A DNA stretch of 24,000 bases from Paenibacillus sp. An7 (GTDB lineage Bacteria > Bacillota > Bacilli > Paenibacillales > Paenibacillaceae), in assembly GCF_009870785.1 (NCBI RefSeq), contig NZ_WTWX01000009.1, forward strand, positions 135,562 through 159,561, written 5' to 3'. The notes beneath the pieces were generated by a model. That model made no database searches, was not told the origin of the DNA, and saw only the letters and a program-made list of their open reading frames with translations. The position numbers were made by a program, and so were the translations under genes. This document shows positions 15,547 through 23,751 of the stretch, piece after piece (position 1 is the stretch's first letter; every line of letters begins with the position of its first letter).

Positions 15547-16761
15547 GTGAAGAACAAGTATATGCCAACGGCATTAGCTTTGTATATTAACTATTTTGTA
15601 CATGGTATGGGTGCTATTATCCTGGCACAGAATATGGGGTTCCTAAGCGAACAGTTAAATACCGATAGCGCCGGAATTTCCTATGTTATATCCGCACTCG
15701 GTATTGGACGATTACTCGTTCTGTTTATTTCGGGTGTACTGTCTGACAAATTAGGACGGAAACCATTCGTATTTATCGGGATGGCCATGTATGCCGTATT
15801 CTTCGTCGGAATTCTGTTATCACCGAACGTGACCGTCGCCTTTATCTTTGCCTTGCTCGCAGGGATGGCGAACTCGGTGCTTGATTCTGGTACCTATCCG
15901 GCCCTCATGGAAGCTTTTCCGAAATCTGCAGGTACAGCAAATGTTATTATCAAAGCGTTTATTTCCGGTGGTCAATTTGCACTTCCAATGATCATCAGTG
16001 TACTCATTAGCAGCAACTTGTATTATGGTTACTCCTTCTTGATCTGTGTAGCGATCTTTATCGTCAATGGCTTGTTCCTTATTCGCTTGCCATTCCCTGA
16101 TCAGGAGCAGCAACAAGAACAGCAAGAAACAACTACCGTAGCAGATAAGAGTCATTCCGGTAGAAAACCTAGCTTCTGGATTGAAGGACTATGCCTCATT
16201 CTGATTGGTTATACTGCGACAGCAACGTTTTATCTGATTTCTGTATGGCTTCCAACGTATGGAGAGCAAGTAGCAGGGATGTCAAACACCTCATCATTGC
16301 AGCTTATTAGTTACTACAGTATGGGCTCCTTGATCTCTGTGTTTGTTACTTCTTTCCTTGTGAAGAGTCTTGTGAAACCTGTCACTTTTGTATTTATTTA
16401 TCCGTTAATTTCTTTTATAGCACTGGTTGTACTATGGGCTTTCCCATCTGCGGCAGTATGTGTAATCGCAGGATTTGTGATTGGTTTCTCCGCTGCTGGC
16501 GGCGTATTGCAGCTCGCACTTACAACGATGTCTGAGCTCTTTCCAACTAGTAAAGGTAAAATTACCGGTATTGTATATACCGCATCAAGCCTTGCGACAT
16601 TCTCAATTCCTGTAATTACAGGTATACTATCCAAAACGAGTATCAGCAGTATTATTATGTTCGATGCGATCGTTACGCTTGTCGGTGTTATTCTAGCTAT
16701 TATAGTCAACATCCGTTACCGGAAAGTAATGAACGCACCACTAAAAGCAGTACAAGGCTAA
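15547..16761 (+). CDS. MFS transporter (YdiM/YdiN-like); probable quinate/shikimate permease by context
   Basis: Multi-span hydrophobic protein with GVLSDKLGRKP and DSGTYPALMEAFPKSAG motifs. It aligns without gaps to the 9744-11021 product over the N-terminal half. The GTG start is 12 nt after AAAGGAG, so the start is uncertain (alternative ATG 15562). Confidence 0.8.
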   Translation: MKNKYMPTALALYINYFVHGMGAIILAQNMGFLSEQLNTDSAGISYVISALGIGRLLVLFISGVLSDKLGRKPFVFIGMAMYAVFFVGILLSPNVTVAFIFALLAGMANSVLDSGTYPALMEAFPKSAGTANVIIKAFISGGQFALPMIISVLISSNLYYGYSFLICVAIFIVNGLFLIRLPFPDQEQQQEQQETTTVADKSHSGRKPSFWIEGLCLILIGYTATATFYLISVWLPTYGEQVAGMSNTSSLQLISYYSMGSLISVFVTSFLVKSLVKPVTFVFIYPLISFIALVVLWAFPSAAVCVIAGFVIGFSAAGGVLQLALTTMSELFPTSKGKITGIVYTASSLATFSIPVITGILSKTSISSIIMFDAIVTLVGVILAIIVNIRYRKVMNAPLKAVQG

Positions 16762-16827
16762 AGTTAACAGGCAGTTCTAAATTATAGCTGTAATGACCTT
16801 ATATAGAAGACAAAGGAGTCTATTAAT

Positions 16828-17601
16828 ATGCAAAATACGCTAAAACCCGTTATCGTTAAAAACGTCGCAATTGGCGAAGGCGCACCTAAAATTTGCGTTC
16901 CTCTCGTAGGAGAGACAGTTGAACAGTTAAAAGAAGAGGCAAATTTTCTAACATTCCAAGATTTTGATGTCATTGAATGGCGCGTCGATTTCTTTGAACA
17001 TGTAGAAGATATACAGAAAGTGAAAGAAGCTCTAGCGGAAATTCGCTCGATTCTTCCTACCCAGCCGATTGTCTTTACGTTCCGCAGCGCGAAAGAAGGC
17101 GGAGAAAAAGAAGTCAGCACCGCTTATTATGTAGAATTGAACCAAGCCATTGCGGCAACAGGACAAGTAGATATCGTGGATGCTGAATTGTTCACTGGGG
17201 ATGCAGAAGTAAAAGCAATTATTGATGCAGCACATAAGCATAATGTCTATGTGATCATCTCAAACCATGATTTTGATAAAACACCTTCTAAAGAAGAAAT
17301 CCTATCTCGCCTTCGTAAGGCACAAGAACTTGGCGGCGATATTCCGAAACTGGCAGCGATGCCGCAAAGTGTCTCTGATGTGCTGATGCTGATGGAAGCC
17401 ACTCATATCATGAAAGAAGAGTATGCGGATAGACCGATCATTACGATGTCCATGGCGGGCAAAGGTGTGATCAGCCGGATTGCGGGTGAACTGTTTGGTT
17501 CTGCACTCACATTTGGAGCTGCCAAAAAAGCATCCGCTCCAGGTCAGGTGCCTGTCGAAGAACTTCGCAGTATGCTGAACACGCTGCACAAGCATATGTA
17601 A
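16828..17601 (+). CDS. aroD: 3-dehydroquinate dehydratase, type I
   Basis: AAAGGAG lies 9 nt upstream. Motifs: KICVPLVG, IEWRVDFF, ISNHDFDKTP (catalytic His region), KLAAMP (Schiff-base Lys region), ITMSMAGKG. Confidence 0.9.
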   Translation: MQNTLKPVIVKNVAIGEGAPKICVPLVGETVEQLKEEANFLTFQDFDVIEWRVDFFEHVEDIQKVKEALAEIRSILPTQPIVFTFRSAKEGGEKEVSTAYYVELNQAIAATGQVDIVDAELFTGDAEVKAIIDAAHKHNVYVIISNHDFDKTPSKEEILSRLRKAQELGGDIPKLAAMPQSVSDVLMLMEATHIMKEEYADRPIITMSMAGKGVISRIAGELFGSALTFGAAKKASAPGQVPVEELRSMLNTLHKHM

Positions 17602-17618
17602 ATTTGAGACGTGAAAAG

Positions 17619-17650
17619 CGTTTGGACCTTTTGGGGTTCAAACGTTTTTT
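17619..17650 (+). terminator. Rho-independent terminator of the quinate/shikimate operon
   Basis: 10-bp stem, CGTTTGGACC (17619-17628) pairing with GGTTCAAACG (17635-17644) with one G-U pair, and a 6-nt loop, followed by T6 (17645-17650). Confidence 0.75.
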
Positions 17651-17670
17651 ACTTATAGGTAAAATATGGT

Positions 17671-17699
17671 TTAATTTAAATCGTGTGAAACATTATAAT
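17671..17699 (+). promoter_or_regulatory. Candidate SigA-type promoter for the protease gene (TTAATT-17 nt-TATAAT)
   Basis: A perfect -10 TATAAT at 17694-17699, a 17-nt spacer, and a weak -35 TTAATT at 17671-17676. It lies about 75 nt upstream of ATG 17776. Confidence 0.3.
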
Positions 17700-17775
17700 T
17701 CATTCTGCGTCTAACTTAGGGCACGGGATTTTTTTACGCAGTCCTACAAATATCACACACCTAGAAGGAGACAGA

Positions 17776-19971
17776 ATGAAACAAATGAAGCGCAGGTTAC
17801 TAGTTTTAATTACCATTTTAGGACTGCTTTGCTATCCTTTATCAGGGTACGCTCAGGCAGATGAGCTTGATTTTGAAGATCTATTTAACGAGGCAGTTAT
17901 TCTGTCCATTGGGAGCCCAAACGCCATCTATGATACGGAAGATCGTATTATTGATGAAAATAACTACAATATTGTACCGTATGTGAAAAGTCAACGAACA
18001 ATGGTGCCGCTGCGCTTTATTAGTGAAAGCCTTGGTGCACGAGTTGCCTGGAATCAAGCTACTTCTACCGCAACCATTACGCTTGCAGGAAAGGAAATAA
18101 AAATTACGCTAGGCAGCAAGACCATACTTGTGAACGGGAAAAAGACAGCACTTGACGCACCGGCAGAATATCAACAAGGCCGGACGTTTGTACCTATTCG
18201 TCTGATCAGTGAAACACTCGGTAAGAAGGTATTTTACAGCCGGGGAATTATCGTGATTAGTGAGAAAGCGATTCTACATCCGGTGCAAGATGCTGAGATT
18301 GTAGATTATTTAAAGTTTATTTTAGAACCCTATAACAAAAGTCCTTATACAGGTAAAAACTTAACAAATCAGCAAATCGCGGGTTTTGAACAAAGTGTTG
18401 TTGTATTGGAAGCACTGGATCGCAGCGGTGAATCTACCGGATTTGGCAGTGCATTTGCGGTAGGTTATGGTTTGTACTTAACGAATTATCACGTGATTAA
18501 TGAAGCAAGCAGTTATGTAATTTACACAGGGAAAGATCAAGTGTATGAAGCAGCAGGCATTGTCGCTGTGGACAAGATGAATGACCTGGCTTTAGTAAAA
18601 GCGAAGATACGGACGAATGTACCTCCGCTTCATATCGGTTCCACGCAGAACTTGGCGAAAGGACAAGCCGTTGTTGCGATTGGTAATCCGGAAGGGCTGC
18701 AAAACACCGTTTCGACGGGAGTGATAAGCGGACTTCGTGTCATTGATGGCCAAAGTTTGATTCAATTTACAGCGCCCATTGCTTCAGGCAGTTCGGGAGG
18801 AGCGCTATTTAATAAAAAAGGAGAAGTTATCGGCGTTACTTCTTCCAGTATTGATGAAGGGAATTTGAATTTTGCTGTTCCTATTGATTATGCGAAATCT
18901 TGGATTAGCAAATATAATTCAGCAGCTTTTTCAAAAATAACGGTATTAAATCAAGATCAATTTAGAGAACCTTCGAATGGATCTGGAACAGTTACACCGG
19001 AAGAAACTCCAAAGCCTCCAGCAGTTACACCACCGACAGAAAATGTAAGTGTACTCAATGAAGTTATACAGGAAGCAGTAACCGATCCATCGAGGCCCGT
19101 TGTCTATGCTATCGATGACACTGAATCTACTATTGTCTCCTATGACCTTGCTAAGAAAAAAGTAACCAAGATTTCCACTTCATTTAGCAAGGCGCCACGG
19201 AAACTCGTATATGCAAGTGGAGAACTTTATGTCATTTTTAGTGATGGAGAATACAGTCCCTATCGGTTTGATGAAGAGCAAGGAGGAACCGTGAGAGTAC
19301 TTGATCCTTCTACACTACAAGTAATAGATGAGTGGGATGTGGATATTGATCCTTACGATATTGCGGCTGATGAATCCGGACATGTATATCTTACCTCAGG
19401 CTCCGGTCAGTGGACCTATATGAAAAGTTATGACCGGACGACCAAGAGGGAGCTTTCTTCGTCTCGCGTATATCACCAAACGAAAATCATGATGCATCCA
19501 TCAGAGAATCGGATTTATTCTATCACTACTCCGTTAAGTCCGAGAGATATGGATGTGTTCCGGCTCACGGATGGGAAGATCACAACCACCTATGATTCTC
19601 CCTATCATGGAGACTATAAATTGTCTACGGTATTTGGGATTACGCCAGATGGTAAGTTTATTGTGAACGGTGCGGGTTCGATCTTTACTGCTACCAATAA
19701 TAAGACGAGTGATATGAACTATGCAGGTACGATGGATAAGTTTGATATCTTTGTTGCGAATAAGAATCATACGGAAAAATTTTATACAGCTACAAAAAAT
19801 GTGATTAACCAAGTGGATACAAACACGTTATCCACTACGAAAACGTACAAGACACAAGGCACCATCGTAAAACTGCTGATGACAGATACTCAGCTTATTG
19901 CGATTACTAAAGTCACTGTGACTGGCTCAGCGCTAACGAGAAATGCGATAGAATTGATTGCAGAGCTCTAG
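17776..19971 (+). CDS. Secreted multidomain trypsin-like serine protease (copper-amine-oxidase-N-like stalk, S1-type protease domain, Pro/Thr linker, beta-propeller-like C-terminal domain)
   Basis: AAGGAG lies 5 nt upstream. Signal peptide MKQMKRRLLVLITILGLLCYPLSGYAQA. Two repeats of the stalk-domain type (VPLRFISESLGARVAW, VPIRLISETLGKKVFY). Catalytic triad candidates are His in TNYHVI (18490-18492), Asp in NDLALVK (18583-18585) and Ser in GSSGGALF (18793-18795). Linker TPEETPKPPAVTPPTEN. Confidence 0.8.
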   Translation: MKQMKRRLLVLITILGLLCYPLSGYAQADELDFEDLFNEAVILSIGSPNAIYDTEDRIIDENNYNIVPYVKSQRTMVPLRFISESLGARVAWNQATSTATITLAGKEIKITLGSKTILVNGKKTALDAPAEYQQGRTFVPIRLISETLGKKVFYSRGIIVISEKAILHPVQDAEIVDYLKFILEPYNKSPYTGKNLTNQQIAGFEQSVVVLEALDRSGESTGFGSAFAVGYGLYLTNYHVINEASSYVIYTGKDQVYEAAGIVAVDKMNDLALVKAKIRTNVPPLHIGSTQNLAKGQAVVAIGNPEGLQNTVSTGVISGLRVIDGQSLIQFTAPIASGSSGGALFNKKGEVIGVTSSSIDEGNLNFAVPIDYAKSWISKYNSAAFSKITVLNQDQFREPSNGSGTVTPEETPKPPAVTPPTENVSVLNEVIQEAVTDPSRPVVYAIDDTESTIVSYDLAKKKVTKISTSFSKAPRKLVYASGELYVIFSDGEYSPYRFDEEQGGTVRVLDPSTLQVIDEWDVDIDPYDIAADESGHVYLTSGSGQWTYMKSYDRTTKRELSSSRVYHQTKIMMHPSENRIYSITTPLSPRDMDVFRLTDGKITTTYDSPYHGDYKLSTVFGITPDGKFIVNGAGSIFTATNNKTSDMNYAGTMDKFDIFVANKNHTEKFYTATKNVINQVDTNTLSTTKTYKTQGTIVKLLMTDTQLIAITKVTVTGSALTRNAIELIAEL

Positions 19972-20027
19972 ATGAATCCTTTTCTCATAAGGATGAGAAA
20001 TAAGTGCTTCGATCAAACGATGCGCGC

Positions 20028-20073
20028 AGACGGCAGACAAACGAGCTTCCTCTAGTTTGTCTGCCGTCTTTTT
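20028..20073 (+). terminator. Rho-independent terminator (perfect 15-bp stem) shared by convergent genes
   Basis: AGACGGCAGACAAAC (20028-20042) pairs perfectly with GTTTGTCTGCCGTCT (20055-20069), with a 12-nt loop, followed by a T-run to 20073. The stop codon of the minus-strand GT4 gene (20073-20075) abuts the hairpin. There is no U-tract in the minus orientation. Confidence 0.8.
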
Positions 20074-21494
20074 CATTTTTCTTCCTTTATTACCTTCCGA
20101 TCAGGCAGGCGGTAATCGGCGGGAAGTTTGCTCATTAAGTCAGCAAGAAGTTCGGAAGCAATCGGCAGATGAGGAAGAGAGAAAGCTGGTGATGTACTTA
20201 GGAATTCCGTTCGTGCGTCTCTTCCGATTTTTACATCGGTCTTCTCGTCTTGCCCACGCTCCGCCATCCGATCCTTTTTGATATACCGCTCATAAACCGC
20301 AAGGGTATCCTTCGCCTGCCGTTCCAGTGAACGGTATTTACGTGCCCAGGTACGCGCTGCCGTTCCAACACGGGTTCTTACTTTAGGATGGGTGAGAAGG
20401 TAGTCAAGCTTGCGGGCAAGAGCGGCAGCATCAGAGGGAGGAACGACATAACCGGTCTTGCCCTCTACTACCATATCCGGCATTCCGGCGGTATCCGCCA
20501 CAATGACAGGAATTCCTGCAAGTTGTGCTTCCGTCACAGAGAAAGGCTGAGTATCCTGTAAACTCGGCTGTACATAGATATGGACGTTTTTTAGGAACGA
20601 AGGCACGTTATCGACCATCCCCCAGAATTTCACATGACCCTTTAATCCTTTGTTCTGAGTTTGTTCTTTATAAAGAGGGCCCATACTTCCTTCCCCGGCA
20701 ATCCAGATGACAAAATCCCCTCTGTACTTTTTCAGGATCGCGGCCGCTTCAAGCAGAACATGAATCCCTTTGATGTATTCCAAACGACCTGTAAAAGCAA
20801 TGACTTTCTTGTTAGGAGGAGCAGAATAGGAAGATTGTTTTGTTGCAAGCTCATCATACTGAACCAGGTCTACCGCATAAGGAATTCGGCTGAATGCAGC
20901 GCCAGGTGCCTGAAACTGCTGCATCAGCTGCTGAATCCAGCTCGATGAGACAATAAACCCATCGGATGCAGCGATGCCGAGTTGTTCCATCGTCTTATAG
21001 TATGTTCCGAGCGGGGTAAGTAAATAATCTTCTTTACGCGTATCAGGGTTTATCTGCAGTTCATCGAGATATCCTTCTAAATGCAGCGATCCATGGTAAC
21101 TTGTAACAAGCGGAACTTTGCGCTTCATCACACGGGAAATAGAGTATGCGCTAATCGGGTCTTGGGCATGAATTAGATCATAAGATTCGGTTCCAAGATA
21201 GGCCATTCCAAGTTCATAGGCATACCGATTCAGTTCTAAAAAAGCAAGATAGGGGTCCGCATGAAGTGCCGGAACATGATGGGGAGAGAGGCTTGAATGC
21301 AGAGCAGGGAGGACCGCCTTTTTTTCAAATAACCATCCCTTCTTTAGTATATAAACGGTCTCTTTCTGCATATCAGTTCCAATGACATCGACTTCTATTC
21401 CATGTTCCGCGTACCACTCTGATAATTGCCGAATATACGTCCAAATCCCCCCAAGGTTCTGAAGTCCCCAGAAGGTTGCCATGAGTATTTTCAT
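20073..21494 (-). CDS. GT4-type glycosyltransferase with a ~75-aa C-terminal extension
   Basis: 473-aa ORF. N-terminus MKILMATFWGLQNLGGIWTYIRQL...GIEVDVIG. GT-B C-terminal motif QPFSVTEAQLAGIPVIVADTAGMPDMVVEGKTGYVV. A non-GT tail follows residue ~395. Confidence 0.8.
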   Translation of the reverse strand: MKILMATFWGLQNLGGIWTYIRQLSEWYAEHGIEVDVIGTDMQKETVYILKKGWLFEKKAVLPALHSSLSPHHVPALHADPYLAFLELNRYAYELGMAYLGTESYDLIHAQDPISAYSISRVMKRKVPLVTSYHGSLHLEGYLDELQINPDTRKEDYLLTPLGTYYKTMEQLGIAASDGFIVSSSWIQQLMQQFQAPGAAFSRIPYAVDLVQYDELATKQSSYSAPPNKKVIAFTGRLEYIKGIHVLLEAAAILKKYRGDFVIWIAGEGSMGPLYKEQTQNKGLKGHVKFWGMVDNVPSFLKNVHIYVQPSLQDTQPFSVTEAQLAGIPVIVADTAGMPDMVVEGKTGYVVPPSDAAALARKLDYLLTHPKVRTRVGTAARTWARKYRSLERQAKDTLAVYERYIKKDRMAERGQDEKTDVKIGRDARTEFLSTSPAFSLPHLPIASELLADLMSKLPADYRLPDRKVIKEEK

Positions 21495-21515
21495 GAAGAA
21501 GTGTGCTCCTTCCTA

Positions 21516-22586
21516 TTAAAAAATAGCCAAGGCGTTCATCATTTGACGGAACGAATGAGCATAAGCACCTGGGGAGAATTGAGAGACAAGATACTCACGG
21601 CCTGCCTTTTGAATCTGCGTACGCATCGTATGATTGTTCATCAGTTCCAGGACCTCTTTTGCTGCCTGTTCGACCTCTCCAAGCGGATAAAATTTACCGG
21701 TTTGATTATGTGTAATGAACGCTCTTACGCCGTCAGAATCCGTGCTGACAACAGGACATTCACAGCTAATCGCTTCAGCTACCGCATACCCAAAGCCCTC
21801 CATAATTGACGTTGAGATCATAACCCCGCCTGATCTTGCTGCCATGGAATAATACATCGGCATCTTGGAGTGTGGAACGTTGCTAAAAATTCCGATTTTA
21901 TCTTCCAAATGGAGTGTTTTTAATGTTTCGTAGAACTGCTGTTCATCCGCTGAAAAGGCAAGGGTAGGGTCATGAAAAAACCATAGTCTTGCTTCTGGTT
22001 TTTCTTGAATTACGCGGTGACCAATGTGGAGAAATTCCCGCCAGTTTTTATTAAATTCAAGACGACCAACCCAGAGTAAGGCGGGGTAAGGGGGGATGTC
22101 GGTTTCAAGCGGGGCAAAGCTCGTTGTATCGAGCATTCCTTTAATAATGAACAAGTGCATAAAAGGGCACATGTCCAAAAAAAGTTGATGAAGATGGGTG
22201 GTTGGGGGAATAAGAACCGCATCTGCATAGGCTTGCAGATAAGGAGAAGCCATTTCGATGGTCTCAACAGCCGCTTCCTTTGTGCCAAGTCCTTGTGCCT
22301 CGAAGATGATTTTCCCTTTGTAATGAAGAAAAACACGGAGCCGTTCCAGCATATTAATATCCGAAGTAGAGATGACGGCATCATATTGCTGCTCTTCCAA
22401 AAGCGCACGAATCTCCTCATTATCTGACATGGTAAACACCGTACCTGTAGTATTCTGAAGTCCGGTGCCTGGCATGAGATATAAGGTATGTGCTTCGATC
22501 CCATGTTGTTTCAAGGCTGCACAGCGCAGCCGATTGAGCGTCTCCACACCGCCGCTTGGAATAAAGAAAGTAAACAGTACTTTCAA
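21516..22586 (-). CDS. GT4-type glycosyltransferase
   Basis: TTG start 8 nt after GGGAGGGG. Motifs: MKVLFTFFIPSGGVETL; EGFGYAVAEAISCECPVVSTDSDGVRAFITHNQTGKF (E-x7-E region). It lies 21 nt upstream of the next GT4 gene, so the two are a likely operon. Confidence 0.75.
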   Translation of the reverse strand: MKVLFTFFIPSGGVETLNRLRCAALKQHGIEAHTLYLMPGTGLQNTTGTVFTMSDNEEIRALLEEQQYDAVISTSDINMLERLRVFLHYKGKIIFEAQGLGTKEAAVETIEMASPYLQAYADAVLIPPTTHLHQLFLDMCPFMHLFIIKGMLDTTSFAPLETDIPPYPALLWVGRLEFNKNWREFLHIGHRVIQEKPEARLWFFHDPTLAFSADEQQFYETLKTLHLEDKIGIFSNVPHSKMPMYYSMAARSGGVMISTSIMEGFGYAVAEAISCECPVVSTDSDGVRAFITHNQTGKFYPLGEVEQAAKEVLELMNNHTMRTQIQKAGREYLVSQFSPGAYAHSFRQMMNALAIF

Positions 22587-22788
22587 GACATACCCCTCCC
22601 GTTACTATTGATAAGATAAGGTACGTATAACATGGGGGGACGGTGTGGGTAGTTAGGTATCAGTTCACAATTTAGACAACTTTTTTTAAGGATTCTTTTA
22701 GATTGATTTAAGAATCGTTTATTGTTATCAGGCTAGACTGGGAATACCGTTAATGAACGGAGAAGAGAAGCAGAAAGGATGAAGTCTT

Positions 22789-23751
22789 TTGCTGAAACTG
22801 GATCAAGTAAGTAAAACTTACAATGGTCAAAGAGGGGTTCAGGACCTTGATTTCTCAATGGAACGGGGAGAGATTGTTGGCTTTCTGGGCCCAAACGGAG
22901 CAGGGAAAACAACTACCATGCGAATGATTACCGGATATTTAAGACCAACCGAAGGCAAAATCCTTCTAGATGGAATGTCTGTACATGAGCAGGGGAGAAA
23001 AGTTCGTTCTCGTATCGGATATTTACCAGAGACTCCCCCACTATATCCAGACATGACCGTGCTGTCTTACTTACAATTCGTCGCAAAATTACGTGATGTC
23101 TCTGCAAGGGAACAGAAGCTAAGAGTAGATGAGATGGTCAGCCGACTTGGACTAAGCGGAAGAGAACACCAAATGATTCGAAGCTTATCCAAAGGATATA
23201 AACAGCGGACGGGACTGGCTGGAGCCATTATCCATAAGCCGGATTTGCTGGTTCTCGATGAACCTACGTCTGGACTAGACCCGAACCAGATTATGGAGAT
23301 ACGGGATTTAATTAAAGAGTTAGGCGAGAATCACACGGTATTACTCAGCACGCATATCCTCCCAGAAGTAAGTGCTTTATGCAGCCGAGTTCTTATTATT
23401 AATCAAGGAAAACTTGTGTTGGATGGTTCACCTGATTCGGTAGGGAATTCGATGGGAGATGCATTTGAGGTTCATCTTACGGTAAAAGGAGAAGCAGAAC
23501 ATGTAATGCCTATTCTGACTTCTTGGGGAAATGGACAAGAACACCCTATTACACTGGGTATGCATAGTCAATCAGAAGGGATTTTGCAGCTGCGGCTGAG
23601 CACTCCAACTCATTATGACTATAGAGAGGAGCTTTTTTATAAGCTTGCTTCTGAGCATATTCCGATTCTAGAAATGAAGAAACAGGATCAGACGCTCGAA
23701 GAAGTGTTCCAGAAGCTGACGATGACGGAAGAAGGGAGAGAGCGGAAATGA
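22789..23751 (+). CDS. ABC transporter ATP-binding protein (ABC-2 / GldA-like subfamily)
   Basis: TTG start. Walker A GPNGAGKTT, signature LSKGYKQR, Walker B LLVLDEPTSGLD, H-loop STHIL. The ATGA overlap with the downstream permease indicates translational coupling. Confidence 0.9.
   Translation: MLKLDQVSKTYNGQRGVQDLDFSMERGEIVGFLGPNGAGKTTTMRMITGYLRPTEGKILLDGMSVHEQGRKVRSRIGYLPETPPLYPDMTVLSYLQFVAKLRDVSAREQKLRVDEMVSRLGLSGREHQMIRSLSKGYKQRTGLAGAIIHKPDLLVLDEPTSGLDPNQIMEIRDLIKELGENHTVLLSTHILPEVSALCSRVLIINQGKLVLDGSPDSVGNSMGDAFEVHLTVKGEAEHVMPILTSWGNGQEHPITLGMHSQSEGILQLRLSTPTHYDYREELFYKLASEHIPILEMKKQDQTLEEVFQKLTMTEEGRERK

Noticed and set aside
15542-15550. Mini-ORF ATG-TTG-TGA, optimally spaced from AAAGGAG and overlapping the GTG start of the second MFS gene (possible termination-reinitiation coupling)
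   Set aside because: It cannot be distinguished from coincidence in the sequence alone. It may simply mean the true start is the GTG or a downstream ATG.
22010-22504. 164-aa minus-strand alternative-frame ORF and 90-aa plus-strand ORF (22155-22427) inside the GT4 gene
   Set aside because: They overlap a supported CDS in other frames, and nothing in the sequence indicates a genuine overlapping gene.
22691-22716. Inverted repeat GATTCTT-12 nt-AAGAATC (and CCGTT-aatg-AACGG at 22747-22760) in the divergent GT4/ABC intergenic region
   Set aside because: The stems are short (5-7 bp) in AT-rich DNA and match no regulator consensus I recognise. I could not define convincing -35/-10 elements for either divergent unit.
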